64,000 nucleotides of DNA from positions 329,462 through 393,461 of the forward strand of contig JALHPE010000001.1 in NCBI GenBank assembly GCA_022842645.1. Reading direction: 5' to 3'. This document shows, in pieces, positions 29,468-39,381 of this stretch (positions are counted from its first letter, which is position 1; each line of letters begins with the position of its first letter). The DNA is from Minisyncoccota bacterium. GTDB taxonomy: Bacteria > Patescibacteriota > Minisyncoccia > Phycocordibacterales > UBA2100. Both the position numbers and the translations under genes were made by a program. The notes beneath the pieces are model-generated. The model was not told the DNA's origin. It was given only the letters and a program-made list of their open reading frames with translations, and made no database searches.

Positions 29468-31582
29468 ATGTCATTTCCCGCACATTCGCGCGGAGCTTCG
29501 CTCTTTGGAGTTTTGATGTTGGTGGGGATTTTGAGTTCGGTGGCGGTTGGATTGGAATCAAGTTACGCGTCTGTTAATAGCAGTGCACTTTTGGCCCAGG
29601 GAGCTATGGTTAGTCCTCGAGGCGCACCTTCTGGGATTGGCTCATCGCAGTTGAGTAGAGGGTTCGCAACCCTCGAAATGGGGGTGAATAGTGGTGTGTA
29701 TGGCATTAAATATGATAGTGACGCTTTCAAAAATCTTACCTGTGGCGTGGGGAACGATTTCATTGCAAAACTTGATCGGGTTGAAGACCAGAATCCTTCC
29801 GCGATTTATTACTCTGACAGTAAAGGAAATCCAACATCAATAAAAGCACAGTGCGTGTACAGTCCTCGAGGTGGCCAATTTTCCGGGAGGTCAGAGTGGG
29901 GAGCCACCATACCATCTCGATCTTGTGGTGCTAACGGCGCAAATCCATGGAGATGTTACGTAAAAGTCTGTTGGCCGTCGAGTAAGACAGGTGGCGGCGA
30001 AGTGTGTCGTGTCGGCAAAAGTCCACTTGATGTTGGACAGTCCGTATCAGAGGGTGTTGATTCAAATCAGAGAGGTGTTGCGCAGGGGCGCGCCGAGACG
30101 ATACTAAACGATCCGACATTAAATCCTGAAGAAAAAAAAGCCGCGCTCGAAAGCATTAAGACCCCATTAGATCAGGGGCAACAAAATGCATTACTCCAGT
30201 CGTTTCAAGCAGAAAAAAAACAAGTTGAAACTGAATTGATTGCGAGTAAAAAAGAAGAACAAGAACTAAGATCTCTCGCTGAAGGGTGCGATGGTTTCGG
30301 GGTTGTAAGTTGTGATGTTTATACCGAAGGCGCGGATCGCGCAAAGCAGAAAAACGAAGAATTGCAGGAAAAACTTGAAGCACTTTCGCAGGCTGAAAAA
30401 TTTTTCCTTTCTCCAGCTGATTCCCCAAAAGATGTAAATGAAAAGAAAAAGGAGTCGCAACCAGAAGTGCCCCGTAATGAACACGATCAAACTTTCATTA
30501 TTTACCGCGAGCGGCCGAGTGATCCATATAGAGATTTTTTTGGCAAAAACGCAAACCAAGATGAAGATCGGTATTTATGTGAAAGATATAACGACCGCGA
30601 TGCATGCATGCGTATTTCGACTGGAGGTTATGGGAGTGCAGGAGCTCGTGGCGGCTACCCAGGAGGCGGGCAATCATCACGTTGCGGAGGACAGCAGCCG
30701 AATTTTGGGGGCGGACTCGGGGGAATTATCACAGGTGTCATCTCACTATTTAGTAGGAATAATAACAGTGGAGACTGCACCGCTGACGGTGTTCCTAAGC
30801 CACGATGTACACTCACCGCGAGTCCCAAAAATATTTCGAAGCCTGGAGAACAGGTTACGCTCTCGTGGCAATCAGATGATGCTTTTGCCGCAACGCTTTC
30901 GAACCGTGGCAGTGTTGGCGTAAATGGCAGTGAGGTTGTGCAGCCGCAACAAACCACCACCTACATGCTTTCTCTTCAGGGATATAAGAATACGCAAACA
31001 GGTCAGGTGCTCTCGGGGCAATGTTCGACACAGGTGACTGTGGGAGGTACAACAACGCCGACCGGCAACGATCCAAAGGCGCAGATTTCATGTTCGCCAC
31101 AAAGTGCGGATGTTGGTATGTCGGTCGCGGTCTCGTTCTCGTGCCTCAACTCGAACACAAGTTCTGGTTCGGGATTTTCGACTAACAATCAACTGAGTGG
31201 TTCCGCGACGCCGGTGGTGACTGCTCCTACGATTGGTTCGAACTCGGTGACCTATGGAGTGACGTGCTCAAAAGAAGGCAAGACCGACAGCGCGCAGTGT
31301 ACAGTTGAGGTGAACAAAACTTCGATAGTACTCGTGGCAAATCCGAAGAATGTTGAGAGGCGCGAAGAATCAAACATTGGTTGGGTGACGGCCGGCATGC
31401 AATCGTGCACCATCTCATCACCACAGCTCTCCGACTTTACGAACAATAATACTGGAAATACCAGCACTTCAGGCGTTGTGCGCACGCCGCCACTCACTAA
31501 TGATGCGACATTCGTACTCACCTGTACCTCACGCTCGGGTGCGACAAAGACGGCCGAAACGAAAGTGGAAGTAGAAAACTAG
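29468..31582 (+). CDS. Large secreted Cys-rich surface protein with C-terminal Ig-like repeats
   Basis: N-terminal hydrophobic segment, Cys-rich domains, coiled coil, three ~90 aa beta modules (TTTYMLS, VTYGVTC, ATFVLTC). Confidence 0.75.
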   Translation: MSFPAHSRGASLFGVLMLVGILSSVAVGLESSYASVNSSALLAQGAMVSPRGAPSGIGSSQLSRGFATLEMGVNSGVYGIKYDSDAFKNLTCGVGNDFIAKLDRVEDQNPSAIYYSDSKGNPTSIKAQCVYSPRGGQFSGRSEWGATIPSRSCGANGANPWRCYVKVCWPSSKTGGGEVCRVGKSPLDVGQSVSEGVDSNQRGVAQGRAETILNDPTLNPEEKKAALESIKTPLDQGQQNALLQSFQAEKKQVETELIASKKEEQELRSLAEGCDGFGVVSCDVYTEGADRAKQKNEELQEKLEALSQAEKFFLSPADSPKDVNEKKKESQPEVPRNEHDQTFIIYRERPSDPYRDFFGKNANQDEDRYLCERYNDRDACMRISTGGYGSAGARGGYPGGGQSSRCGGQQPNFGGGLGGIITGVISLFSRNNNSGDCTADGVPKPRCTLTASPKNISKPGEQVTLSWQSDDAFAATLSNRGSVGVNGSEVVQPQQTTTYMLSLQGYKNTQTGQVLSGQCSTQVTVGGTTTPTGNDPKAQISCSPQSADVGMSVAVSFSCLNSNTSSGSGFSTNNQLSGSATPVVTAPTIGSNSVTYGVTCSKEGKTDSAQCTVEVNKTSIVLVANPKNVERREESNIGWVTAGMQSCTISSPQLSDFTNNNTGNTSTSGVVRTPPLTNDATFVLTCTSRSGATKTAETKVEVEN

Positions 31583-31585
31583 TCG

Positions 31586-32179
31586 CTAAAAACCAAAGAT
31601 CTCAAGTATCTTATGTGCAAGTGGTTCCTGCATCGGCACTTCTTCCACGCGTTCGCGTAAGTAGGCGCGCACTTCGTCGGGATTAGTGTCGCCGAGCGGA
31701 ATGACAAGATTGGGCGCCATGAATGCGATGGTGTCGATGAGGAGGGTGGGTTCACCAACTTCGGTTTCAACCCAGAACGAAATAATATTCTCAAAGGGGT
31801 GAAGTGTGGGGCCGGTGCGAATGCCGCGCTCGGATATTTCAAATTCGTGAAGCTCCGGTGGGTGTTGCGCGATGAGGGCAATAGTCACTGCGGCGATGAT
31901 AATGACGAGTGCAAAGAGCACGTTGGAAAAAAGAATGCTTGTGAGTGCGGCGCAGACGGCAATAATGCCGAGCGCCCAAAACCAATCCGAGCCGCGCTCG
32001 ATGTGCTCGTGTTCAAATGCAGACCAACGCAAAGAAACCTGTGAGGCTTCAGAAAAAGGCGACCTGCGTTGTTGCGGAGCCTCTGCGTCATCTTCATCGT
32101 ATGCCCGATACGCCTCAGACGACGCTTTCTCCGCGCCTAGCATCTCATCCTTTTTCTGAAGCCTCACACCATCCGACAT
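31586..32179 (-). CDS. Conserved hypothetical membrane protein
   Basis: W-A-E...R..DWFW, two TM helices, SFWV, C-terminal LEIFGF. Confidence 0.7.
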   Translation of the reverse strand: MSDGVRLQKKDEMLGAEKASSEAYRAYDEDDAEAPQQRRSPFSEASQVSLRWSAFEHEHIERGSDWFWALGIIAVCAALTSILFSNVLFALVIIIAAVTIALIAQHPPELHEFEISERGIRTGPTLHPFENIISFWVETEVGEPTLLIDTIAFMAPNLVIPLGDTNPDEVRAYLRERVEEVPMQEPLAHKILEIFGF

Positions 32180-32237
32180 GGTGCTATTTTACTATGCTTT
32201 GCATGCACGAATCGGTGCAATGTGGTACAACAACCTC

Positions 32238-32322
32238 GGAAGGGTGGCTGAGAGGTCTAAAGCATCGCACTTGAAATGCGACGTGGGGCAACCCACCGTG
32301 GGTTCGAATCCCACCCCTTCCG
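32238..32322 (+). tRNA. tRNA-Ser(TGA)
   Basis: GGAAGGG/CCCTTCC acceptor, loop CTTGAAA, long variable arm GTGGGGCAACCCAC, GGTTCGAATCC. Confidence 0.93.
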
Positions 32323-32378
32323 CAAAGCGAACAGGATCACTTTTAAATCAAGTCTTCTTTTGTAATGTCCCCAAGTAG

Positions 32379-33002
32379 TTAGCGGAGTTCGAACCATCCA
32401 GACAATCCACTAACATTTGTGCAGAGAAGCGAGTATGTTGCACCACTCGGTACAATGAAAGAGCCTGTCATATTTGTGTTGCTACTGTAACCACTCGCTA
32501 TGCGTACATCCACACCATTGATTCTTGCAAGAATACCAGTTCCATGTCCGTTTACACTTATCGCTACTTGGATTGGTTTGCCGGTATTGTTTGTGTAATT
32601 TGTACCGCAAGTGTGCACCCCTGGTCGGCCAGGAGACAAATCAGACCAATTTTGATTTTCGCCAAGACCTGCGCTCGTTGTAACCGGCGGCGTCCAAGTA
32701 CCGTTATCATTCTTTATTTCTATGACGCCAGCGTTGTCGCGAACGCCGTAGCCCGCCGCTCCTGTCGTAGTCCCGAAATTTAAATAGCGGGATGCTCCGG
32801 ACAAAATGGTATTTCCAAACACCGCTAAAGCATTCACCCCAACCCCACCGTTTTTAACCTGATCAACCGATCCCACATTGAGTGGGGATGAGACGTTGTT
32901 ATTTGGGGGCGCGCCAGTCGGGCCGACCCACGCTATTGCAGTAATGGAGGCAAAAATCGTTCCAAGTATTCCGCCTATGAAGGCAAACATGAACGAGCGC
33001 AT
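32379..33002 (-). CDS. Secreted protein with phage-tail-fibre-like C-terminal domain
   Basis: Signal peptide; W.GPT..PP.NN...PLNV N-domain; C-terminal NYTNNTGKPIQV...SFIVPSGATY...WFELR. Confidence 0.6.
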   Translation of the reverse strand: MRSFMFAFIGGILGTIFASITAIAWVGPTGAPPNNNVSSPLNVGSVDQVKNGGVGVNALAVFGNTILSGASRYLNFGTTTGAAGYGVRDNAGVIEIKNDNGTWTPPVTTSAGLGENQNWSDLSPGRPGVHTCGTNYTNNTGKPIQVAISVNGHGTGILARINGVDVRIASGYSSNTNMTGSFIVPSGATYSLLCTNVSGLSGWFELR

Positions 33003-33134
33003 ATCTTAGTATAAGTGGTTTTATGTATTGCTGACGCGGGTTTGGGGATACCGTAGGATGATGTACGGTATGCATACGCGCTTTATGTATCGTTGACTGC
33101 CGCTAACAGCTCTTCCAATCTACGTAGAACACTT

Positions 33135-33563
33135 ATGATTAAAATAATGATTTTCGGCACATTCGACATGATTCATAAGGGTCATGAGGATATGTTTCGG
33201 CAGGCGCGCTCTCTTGCGGACGAGTCACGCTTAATCGTTTCGGTTGCGCGAGATTCTGCCGCGAAGCGCCATCGTGGATTCGCACCACAGAATGTTGAGG
33301 AGAAACGGCGAGCCGCACTTGCAGCGCATCCGCTTGTTGATGAGGCGATTCTGGGTGACGAAGAAGGATATATTGCACACATCACTGCGGCGCAGCCAGA
33401 CATTATTGCGCTTGGGTACGATCAAGGTGGAGAATACGTTGAACGTTTAGAAGAAGAGCTAAAGGAAGCAGGTCTTACTCCCACGATTGTCCGTCTCAAG
33501 CCATTTCAGCCGGAGATTTATAAAACATCAAAGCTGCGAGACTCTGGTACACTCCCCTCATGA
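33135..33563 (+). CDS. Cytidylyltransferase-family nucleotidyltransferase (RibL/FAD synthase-like)
   Basis: [29 protein letters not shown]. Confidence 0.85.
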   Translation: MIKIMIFGTFDMIHKGHEDMFRQARSLADESRLIVSVARDSAAKRHRGFAPQNVEEKRRAALAAHPLVDEAILGDEEGYIAHITAAQPDIIALGYDQGGEYVERLEEELKEAGLTPTIVRLKPFQPEIYKTSKLRDSGTLPS

Positions 33564-33946
33564 GATATTTAGGAATTGATTATGGCGCGAAGCGCATAGG
33601 GCTTGCGATCTCAGATCCTGCTGCGCAGTTTGCGTTTCCGCACGAAACCATTCCGAACGACACAACCACACTCGATCGAATCCGACAGGTGATAAAGCGG
33701 GAAGAAATAGGAGGAATTATTATTGGCGATGCGCGCGCCTCGAATGGCGAAGTAAATCCTATTACACAAGAGGTTGAAACATTCACCGACTCACTCAAGG
33801 CGCTTCATGTGCCAGTTCATTCCGTTTCTGAGGCATGGAGTTCAGTTGAAGCAGCTCGTTTTGCGCCCAAAGGTAGTGAGCATAACGACGCCTCTGCTGC
33901 TGCTATCATTTTGCAGAGGTTTCTTGATGCACAGGTGGGCGGTTGA
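33560..33946 (+). CDS. ruvX: YqgF/RuvX pre-16S rRNA processing nuclease
   Basis: [34 protein letters not shown]. Confidence 0.92.
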   Translation: MRYLGIDYGAKRIGLAISDPAAQFAFPHETIPNDTTTLDRIRQVIKREEIGGIIIGDARASNGEVNPITQEVETFTDSLKALHVPVHSVSEAWSSVEAARFAPKGSEHNDASAAAIILQRFLDAQVGG

Positions 33947-33975
33947 TGGCGGCAGAATGCTGTTAGGATATACAT

Positions 33976-34869
33976 ATGAGCAACAGTCTCTCTCGTGTTT
34001 TTCTATACGTACTTCTTGTTTTCATGTGTATTCCTTTTCTCGTAGCCGCAGAGGGTGGTAGCGGTCAGTGTGATAGTCAGTACAACAGTTGCCTCAAGGC
34101 AAAGCGCTCAGGTTGTGAACAGCAGTGGCAATCGTGTATGTCGAAATGCAATGTTGGTGGTGGGGCGGTTGGTTCTTGCAATAAGGATCCCGAGTGTCAG
34201 CTCCATTGTACTGAATCTGCAACGTCACAGGGCGGGCGCATTAGCTGTTGCGAAGGTGGGCCGAAACATCAGAACTCATGTCCCAATAAAGTAGATGGTA
34301 ATTGCGAGCCGAAGAAAACAGAAGGTGGAGAAGGAGGAAAGCCACCTGAATTTCCCAAGCCGCCACAAGGTGGCGGTGGGGGAGGGGGAAGCCCTGCGGC
34401 AACTAGTACAGCGGAATGTGATGAGACGGCAACAACAACAAAAAATATGCCGTGTGTAAGAAGTACCAGTGGAGTCAGTGGTTATTTTAATAATATCTTT
34501 TCTACCGACAAAGGTAGCGTCACGGAAAATGTACAATCAACACTTTCTTCAGCCGCTGATAAGCTCTCATCGTTTTTGTTTGGTACGGACTCGGGCACAA
34601 AGGAGACTTCCGGCAGGGGTGCGGAAACTCCCGCGAACACAAACAATCCTGTCGTTCCGACGGGGGGCACACAGCTTACTCCGCAGGTGGTACAAGCAAC
34701 ACCGATTGGATCTAGGACGGACACAGGAGCGCCCTCTGCGGCGGTCACTGGTTTTGGAAATCAAAACACGCCCTCCACCGAACAATCAGGTGTCATGAAG
34801 GCGATTGGAGAAACTCTTAGCGGCATTGGGGTGACGCTCCGCAATCTTCTCTCTTCGTTCGCTTTCTGA
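33976..34869 (+). CDS. Secreted Cys-rich, Gly/Thr-rich protein
   Basis: Signal peptide; about 12 Cys in the first 110 aa; PP..PKPP-GGGGGGG linker. Confidence 0.75.
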   Translation: MSNSLSRVFLYVLLVFMCIPFLVAAEGGSGQCDSQYNSCLKAKRSGCEQQWQSCMSKCNVGGGAVGSCNKDPECQLHCTESATSQGGRISCCEGGPKHQNSCPNKVDGNCEPKKTEGGEGGKPPEFPKPPQGGGGGGGSPAATSTAECDETATTTKNMPCVRSTSGVSGYFNNIFSTDKGSVTENVQSTLSSAADKLSSFLFGTDSGTKETSGRGAETPANTNNPVVPTGGTQLTPQVVQATPIGSRTDTGAPSAAVTGFGNQNTPSTEQSGVMKAIGETLSGIGVTLRNLLSSFAF

Positions 34870-34881
34870 TAGAGTCGGGAG

Positions 34882-35214
34882 ATGGACACCATAACCTACG
34901 ACGATTTTGCGAAGCTTGATATTCGTATTGGGACGGTGCGTGCAGCAGAGCGTGTGCCAGAAACAGATAAGCTCATAAAGTGTACGATCGATTTTGGTGA
35001 ACTCGGCGAGCGCACGATTGTTTCTGGCATTGCGCTGTTTCGAAACCCCGAGGATCTTATTGGGAAGCAGTTGCCGTATATCGTGAATCTTGAGCCGCGA
35101 CTACTCAAGGGCATTGAAAGTCAAGGCATGTTACTCGCTGCTTCACCTGGAGGTGAAGGTCTCGCCCTTTTGCTTCCTGATACAGAGGTACCAAACGGTA
35201 CTCGCCTCAAGTAA
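34882..35214 (+). CDS. Stand-alone tRNA-binding OB-fold (MetRS C-terminal/CsaA/Trbp111 family)
   Basis: ITYDDFAKLDIRIG, DKL, RTIVSGI, NLEPR..KGIESQGMLL. Confidence 0.9.
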   Translation: MDTITYDDFAKLDIRIGTVRAAERVPETDKLIKCTIDFGELGERTIVSGIALFRNPEDLIGKQLPYIVNLEPRLLKGIESQGMLLAASPGGEGLALLLPDTEVPNGTRLK

Positions 35215-35264
35215 TTTTGCTTTTTGTACGTTAGACCCTATACGAAATACGGTATACTTGCGGT

Positions 35265-36347
35265 ATGCAGTTCTCGCGCATGCTCGCGCGGTGGTTTCCC
35301 GTACCGCACATGATCGCACCACATGCGGCTGGTATTGATATTACTGACACCTCTATTAAATGGCTCTTATTTTCTGAAAGTCGCGAAGGTCTTCGTGTTG
35401 TCTCGTGGGGATCTGAACCCCTTACAGCAGGCATCGTTGAACGCGGTGCGGTTAAGGACACTGCGGCACTCGGAACAGCTCTTCGTACTCTCAGAAAAAA
35501 ACACGGTATACGCGCAGCACACGCTGCGCTTCCCGAAGAGGATGCCTACATCTTTAGTATGCACGTGCCCGCGCGAAGTACGCGCCATGAGATTATGAGC
35601 ATGGTTGAGTTTGAGCTTGAAGCACGCGTGCCCATTCCTGTTGCGCAGACCGTGTATGACTTTGATACGGTGTTTGCCCGAGATGACAGTGGGGAGGAAA
35701 TTGCCGTCTCTGCGTTTCCGCTCGATCTTGCAAATGGGTATGCACAAGCGTTTGAAATCTCAGGAATTGAGCTACTCTCGCTTGAGCTTGAGGCGCGTTC
35801 TGTAGGACGAGCAACATCCGCTCGTGGGCACGATGCAACAACACTCCTTGTTGATTGTGGGTATGCACGTACGGGGGTCGCTATCCTCAGAAATGGTATC
35901 CCGCTTTTTACTTCTACACTTGATATCGGCGGGCTCCATTTGAGTAAAGCGGTTATGGAAGCCCTTTCTATTTCAGAAGAAGAAGCGCGCACATTTAAGA
36001 ACGAACATGGGATCGTCGGTGCGCCCGATGATAAGGCGCGACTTGCGCTTGAGCGTGCGGCGCACGATCTCGCGAATGAAATCGTAAAACACTATCGTTT
36101 TTGGGATACGCGCAAAGACGAGCATGGCGGGCAGTCCGCTCCGGTGGAGCGAGTGCATCTACTTGGGGGGAGTGCCAACCTCAAAGGATTTCCCGAATAC
36201 ATTGCGAGTATGGTGCACGTGCCTACGGAGCGTCCGAATGTGTGGAAAAATACGTTTTCATTTGATGATGTTATTCCACCTATTGATCGACGCGCATCGC
36301 TGCAGTATGCAACTGCAATCGGCCTCGCGCTCCGGTCTGTCTCATAG
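35265..36347 (+). CDS. pilM: Type IV pilus assembly protein PilM
   Basis: GIDITDTSIK, actin-like fold motifs LLVDCG, LLGGSA, YATAIGLAL. Confidence 0.88.
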   Translation: MQFSRMLARWFPVPHMIAPHAAGIDITDTSIKWLLFSESREGLRVVSWGSEPLTAGIVERGAVKDTAALGTALRTLRKKHGIRAAHAALPEEDAYIFSMHVPARSTRHEIMSMVEFELEARVPIPVAQTVYDFDTVFARDDSGEEIAVSAFPLDLANGYAQAFEISGIELLSLELEARSVGRATSARGHDATTLLVDCGYARTGVAILRNGIPLFTSTLDIGGLHLSKAVMEALSISEEEARTFKNEHGIVGAPDDKARLALERAAHDLANEIVKHYRFWDTRKDEHGGQSAPVERVHLLGGSANLKGFPEYIASMVHVPTERPNVWKNTFSFDDVIPPIDRRASLQYATAIGLALRSVS

Positions 36348-36349
36348 GT

Positions 36350-36853
36350 ATGGCAAACGTACTTCCCATCGCTCGCACCACTCTCGTACGTCGTATGCGT
36401 GCACGCCTCCTCATCGTCGTGAGTCTCACTCTTTCGGCAGCTGCCCTCATTGCAATACTTGCTCTCCTTCCTGCATTTATTTCAATCTCAATTGCGCGCG
36501 CCGGACTTGTGTCCGAAGCCCCTGCTGAAGCTTCCCTGGAGCAGGGAGAGGCTGCACGCACGCTCGCGCTTATTCAAACACTCAATACATTTGTTGGCAC
36601 AACATCACCTTCAGTGAAGCTCCTTGAGGCTCTTACACTTCGTCCGCAGGGTGTCTCGATAAGTTCTGTGCGCTATACAGCGGGTGCTCCGGCCTCTCTT
36701 GTGCTCTCTGGGGCCTCCGCGAGACGCGAGGGTGTGAGCGGCTATCGAGATGTACTGCTTTCCGACGGTCGTTTTGGCAAGGTTTCTGTGCCAGTTGCGG
36801 CTTTGGTGGGGACACAAGAGGGGCGTTTTTCCATAACACTTTCGGGTATCTAA
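36350..36853 (+). CDS. PilN-like protein
   Basis: N-terminal NVLP motif, single TM, follows pilM. Confidence 0.65.
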   Translation: MANVLPIARTTLVRRMRARLLIVVSLTLSAAALIAILALLPAFISISIARAGLVSEAPAEASLEQGEAARTLALIQTLNTFVGTTSPSVKLLEALTLRPQGVSISSVRYTAGAPASLVLSGASARREGVSGYRDVLLSDGRFGKVSVPVAALVGTQEGRFSITLSGI

Positions 36854-36854
36854 T

Positions 36855-37376
36855 ATGCGCACTACATTACTATCAATCGCATCGCTTCTACTCGCGGTTA
36901 CACTGTGGGGTGCGTTTGGATATTTATTTTTCATACTTCCGCGCGAGCGTGCGCAGTATGCTGAGGCCCTGGCTACGAGCGCGCAGGAGGCAGTGCGCAC
37001 AGAGTCTTCTGCGCGCGTAAAGGCGATTATTCAGGATACCGAAATTGAACGCGCGGCACTGGTTTCGCTTCTTCAGGTTCCACTCATTGATGCTATTAAG
37101 ATTGTTGAAGACGCCGCGCGTGCGGGTGGTGCTCGCACCGTTGCGATAGGAGAAGCAACGCCGCTGTCAACTAAAAACCCATCACCAGTCGCGCCGGCCA
37201 CGACACGCGTCGCGGTCGTGGTGCAAGCGGAAGGAACATTTGCCGCGCTCGTGCGCGTTGTGTCGCTCTTTGAGGTTCTAACAATTCCTTCGACGTTAGA
37301 TAGTTTTGACCTTGAGGAAACCGAAAAGGGATGGCGCCTCACCGCACGCCTCACGATTGCCGTTGCGCAGATATAG
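36855..37376 (+). CDS. PilO-like protein
   Basis: N-terminal TM, GTF..L...L..FE.L motif, third gene of the pilM operon. Confidence 0.6.
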   Translation: MRTTLLSIASLLLAVTLWGAFGYLFFILPRERAQYAEALATSAQEAVRTESSARVKAIIQDTEIERAALVSLLQVPLIDAIKIVEDAARAGGARTVAIGEATPLSTKNPSPVAPATTRVAVVVQAEGTFAALVRVVSLFEVLTIPSTLDSFDLEETEKGWRLTARLTIAVAQI

Positions 37377-37381
37377 TACGT

Positions 37382-37696
37382 ATGCAATTCAATACAAAAC
37401 TACCAATGCGTTTACGAGATGCCTATGCCTCGCGACACGAGCCAGAGGCGCAGCGTGTGATTGCGCGTGCGACGTGGGCGCTGTGCGCAGTTATCTTTTT
37501 TATCGCGCTTGTTGCGAGTGTCGTGTATGGTGCATGGGAATTTACCCGCATTCCACGGGGCAGTGATGAGGGCACAGTTCGCGCGCAAACTGGATTTACG
37601 CGTGCTCAGATCGAGACATTACTCAACACGTTTGATGTGCGCGCCGAACAGTTTGAGGCGCGTTTACGCACACCGCCGGCACAGGATCCGTCGTGA
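37382..37696 (+). CDS. Small single-TM protein at end of pilMNO operon
   Basis: TM segment and C-terminal DPS. Confidence 0.6.
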   Translation: MQFNTKLPMRLRDAYASRHEPEAQRVIARATWALCAVIFFIALVASVVYGAWEFTRIPRGSDEGTVRAQTGFTRAQIETLLNTFDVRAEQFEARLRTPPAQDPS

Positions 37697-37740
37697 GCCA
37701 ACTTGTAGCCCCTAGCGTGTAGCTGGTAGGATAACTCTGA

Positions 37741-37812
37741 CCCCTTGTAGCTCAATGGACAGAGCAGCGGACTTCTAAGCCGTTGATGTTGGTTCGATTC
37801 CAGCCGAGGGGA
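37741..37812 (+). tRNA. tRNA-Arg(TCT)
   Basis: CCCCTTG/CGAGGGG acceptor, loop CTTCTAA, GGTTCGATTCC. Confidence 0.9.
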
Positions 37813-37834
37813 ATTAAGGGTATAGTAGCCCTGC

Positions 37835-37907
37835 GGGCGATTAGCTCAGTTGGTAGAGCAATCCGTTTACACCGGAAAGGTCACAGGTTCGAGTCCTGTA
37901 TCGCCCA
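37835..37907 (+). tRNA. tRNA-Val(TAC)
   Basis: GGGCGAT/ATCGCCC acceptor, loop TTTACAC, GGTTCGAGTCC. Confidence 0.93.
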
Positions 37908-38071
37908 CAAAATCAATGAGCGCAATCCGCAGGATTGCGCGACTATGATTTTGTAGGAGCGATACAGGACTCGAAAGACGGAGGCGGGGAACCCGTCAGA
38001 AGACGGGTCGCCGAGTCGGGGTCGTGAAATTGTGCGAGCGACTGGTGAGCAAAATATCTGTGACCGAGCCC
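37908..38071 (+). repeat. tRNA-3'-associated structured element, copy 3
   Basis: 17-nt perfect antisense of the tRNA-Val 3' end (GCGATACAGGACTCGAA, 37959-37975), then GACGGAGGC...GCCGAGTCGGGGTCGTGAAAT...AATATCTGTGACCGAG. Confidence 0.85.
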
Positions 38072-38142
38072 ACTGTTTGATCGTGAGAGGAATATGTGAA
38101 AAGTACTTTGACCTCTGGCGCTTTCTCCGTTAGCGTAGTGGG

Positions 38143-38823
38143 ATGTCTGAAAAATCAGTGCAGTGCATCGGCGTCATTCTCGACGGGAATCGCCGGTGGG
38201 CTAAGGCAAAAGGGCTCCCCACGCTTGAAGGCCATCGGCGCGGATTTGAGAATTTAAAATCGTGCGCGCGGTGGGTGCGCGACCGAAATATTCCGCATCT
38301 CGTTGTGTTTGCGTTTTCAACTGAAAATTGGAATCGTTCAGAAGAGGAAGTTGCGTATTTGATGGATATTTTTCGCACCGCAATTCACGATAGCGCAGAA
38401 GAGTTAGGGAGAGAAAACATTCGCATCCGATTTATCGGGCAGCGCGAGCGCTTCGTTGAAGATATTAAAGAGGAGATGCGGGACGCAGAAGAGAAAACGA
38501 GCACGAACACCGGCATGACGCTCTGGATGTGCCTTTCATATGGCGCGCGTGCGGAGATTGTGGCGGCCGCAGAAACGCTCCGAGCTTCGAATACTCTAAT
38601 TTCTGAAGAGACACTCCGCTCGCATTTTTGGAGCGCTGAGATGCCCGACCCTGACATCATCATTCGCACCGGCGGCGCACAGCGTCTCTCCAACTTCCTC
38701 CTCTGGCAGGCGGCGTATAGCGAGCTTTTCTTTCTTGAGCCTCACTGGCCGGATTTCGATGAGAAACTGCTCGATAGCGTACTCTTCGAATACGCGGAGC
38801 GAGAGCGGCGGATGGGCAAATAG
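38143..38823 (+). CDS. uppS: Undecaprenyl diphosphate synthase
   Basis: ILDGNRRWA, FAFSTENWNRS, RTGGAQRLSNFLLWQ.AYSE. Confidence 0.96.
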   Translation: MSEKSVQCIGVILDGNRRWAKAKGLPTLEGHRRGFENLKSCARWVRDRNIPHLVVFAFSTENWNRSEEEVAYLMDIFRTAIHDSAEELGRENIRIRFIGQRERFVEDIKEEMRDAEEKTSTNTGMTLWMCLSYGARAEIVAAAETLRASNTLISEETLRSHFWSAEMPDPDIIIRTGGAQRLSNFLLWQAAYSELFFLEPHWPDFDEKLLDSVLFEYAERERRMGK

Positions 38824-38869
38824 TCCATAGGTTGCCTCTCATTTTCAGCTGTGGTACAGTGCCGCAACT

Positions 38870-39283
38870 ATGGTCGCTGCAAAAGCAAAAGCGGGCACAC
38901 CTATCTCGGCACTTCGCCCGGGGGATACTGTGCGTGTATGGCAAAAAATTGAGGAAAAGGGGAAGACGCGCCTCCAGGCGTTTGAGGGACTTGTCCTCGC
39001 CCGTAAGCATGGCAGCGAAGCCGGCGGCACCTTTACCGTCCGCAAAGTTGCTTCTGGCGTGGGCGTTGAGAAGATTTTCCCCGTGCACTCTCCTATGATC
39101 GATCGTGTTGAGCTTGTCAAAACGGCTCGTATGCGCCGCGCGAAGCTCTACTTCATTCGTGATAAGGTTGCGCGCGAAGCGCGCCGCCAACTTCGTCGTT
39201 CGCGCCTTGTGCGCGATGATGCACAGGTGGCTGAGGTTGCTGAAGAAGTGGTAGAAACTGGAACTTCAGAGGAAAGTAAGTAG
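38870..39283 (+). CDS. rplS: 50S ribosomal protein L19
   Basis: RPGDTVRV, RLQAFEG, FTVRK, GVEKIFP, RRAKLY. Confidence 0.96.
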   Translation: MVAAKAKAGTPISALRPGDTVRVWQKIEEKGKTRLQAFEGLVLARKHGSEAGGTFTVRKVASGVGVEKIFPVHSPMIDRVELVKTARMRRAKLYFIRDKVAREARRQLRRSRLVRDDAQVAEVAEEVVETGTSEESK

Positions 39284-39297
39284 TATTATCCCTGTGC

Positions 39298-39381
39298 GCG
39301 CAGGTGGCGAAATTGGTAGACGTACTACCTTGAGGTGGTAGCGCCCGCAAGGGCATGGAGGTTCGAGTCCTCTCCTGCGCA
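39298..39381 (+). tRNA. tRNA-Leu(GAG)
   Basis: GCGCAGG/CCTGCGC acceptor, CTACC-TTGAGGT-GGTAG, variable arm GCCCGCAAGGGC. Confidence 0.93.

Noticed and set aside
32323-32378. tRNA-associated element after tRNA-Ser, tRNA-Arg(TCT) or tRNA-His
   Set aside because: No GAG[CT]CGGGGT...GTGAC core and no antisense segment; tRNA-His is followed only by a plain hairpin
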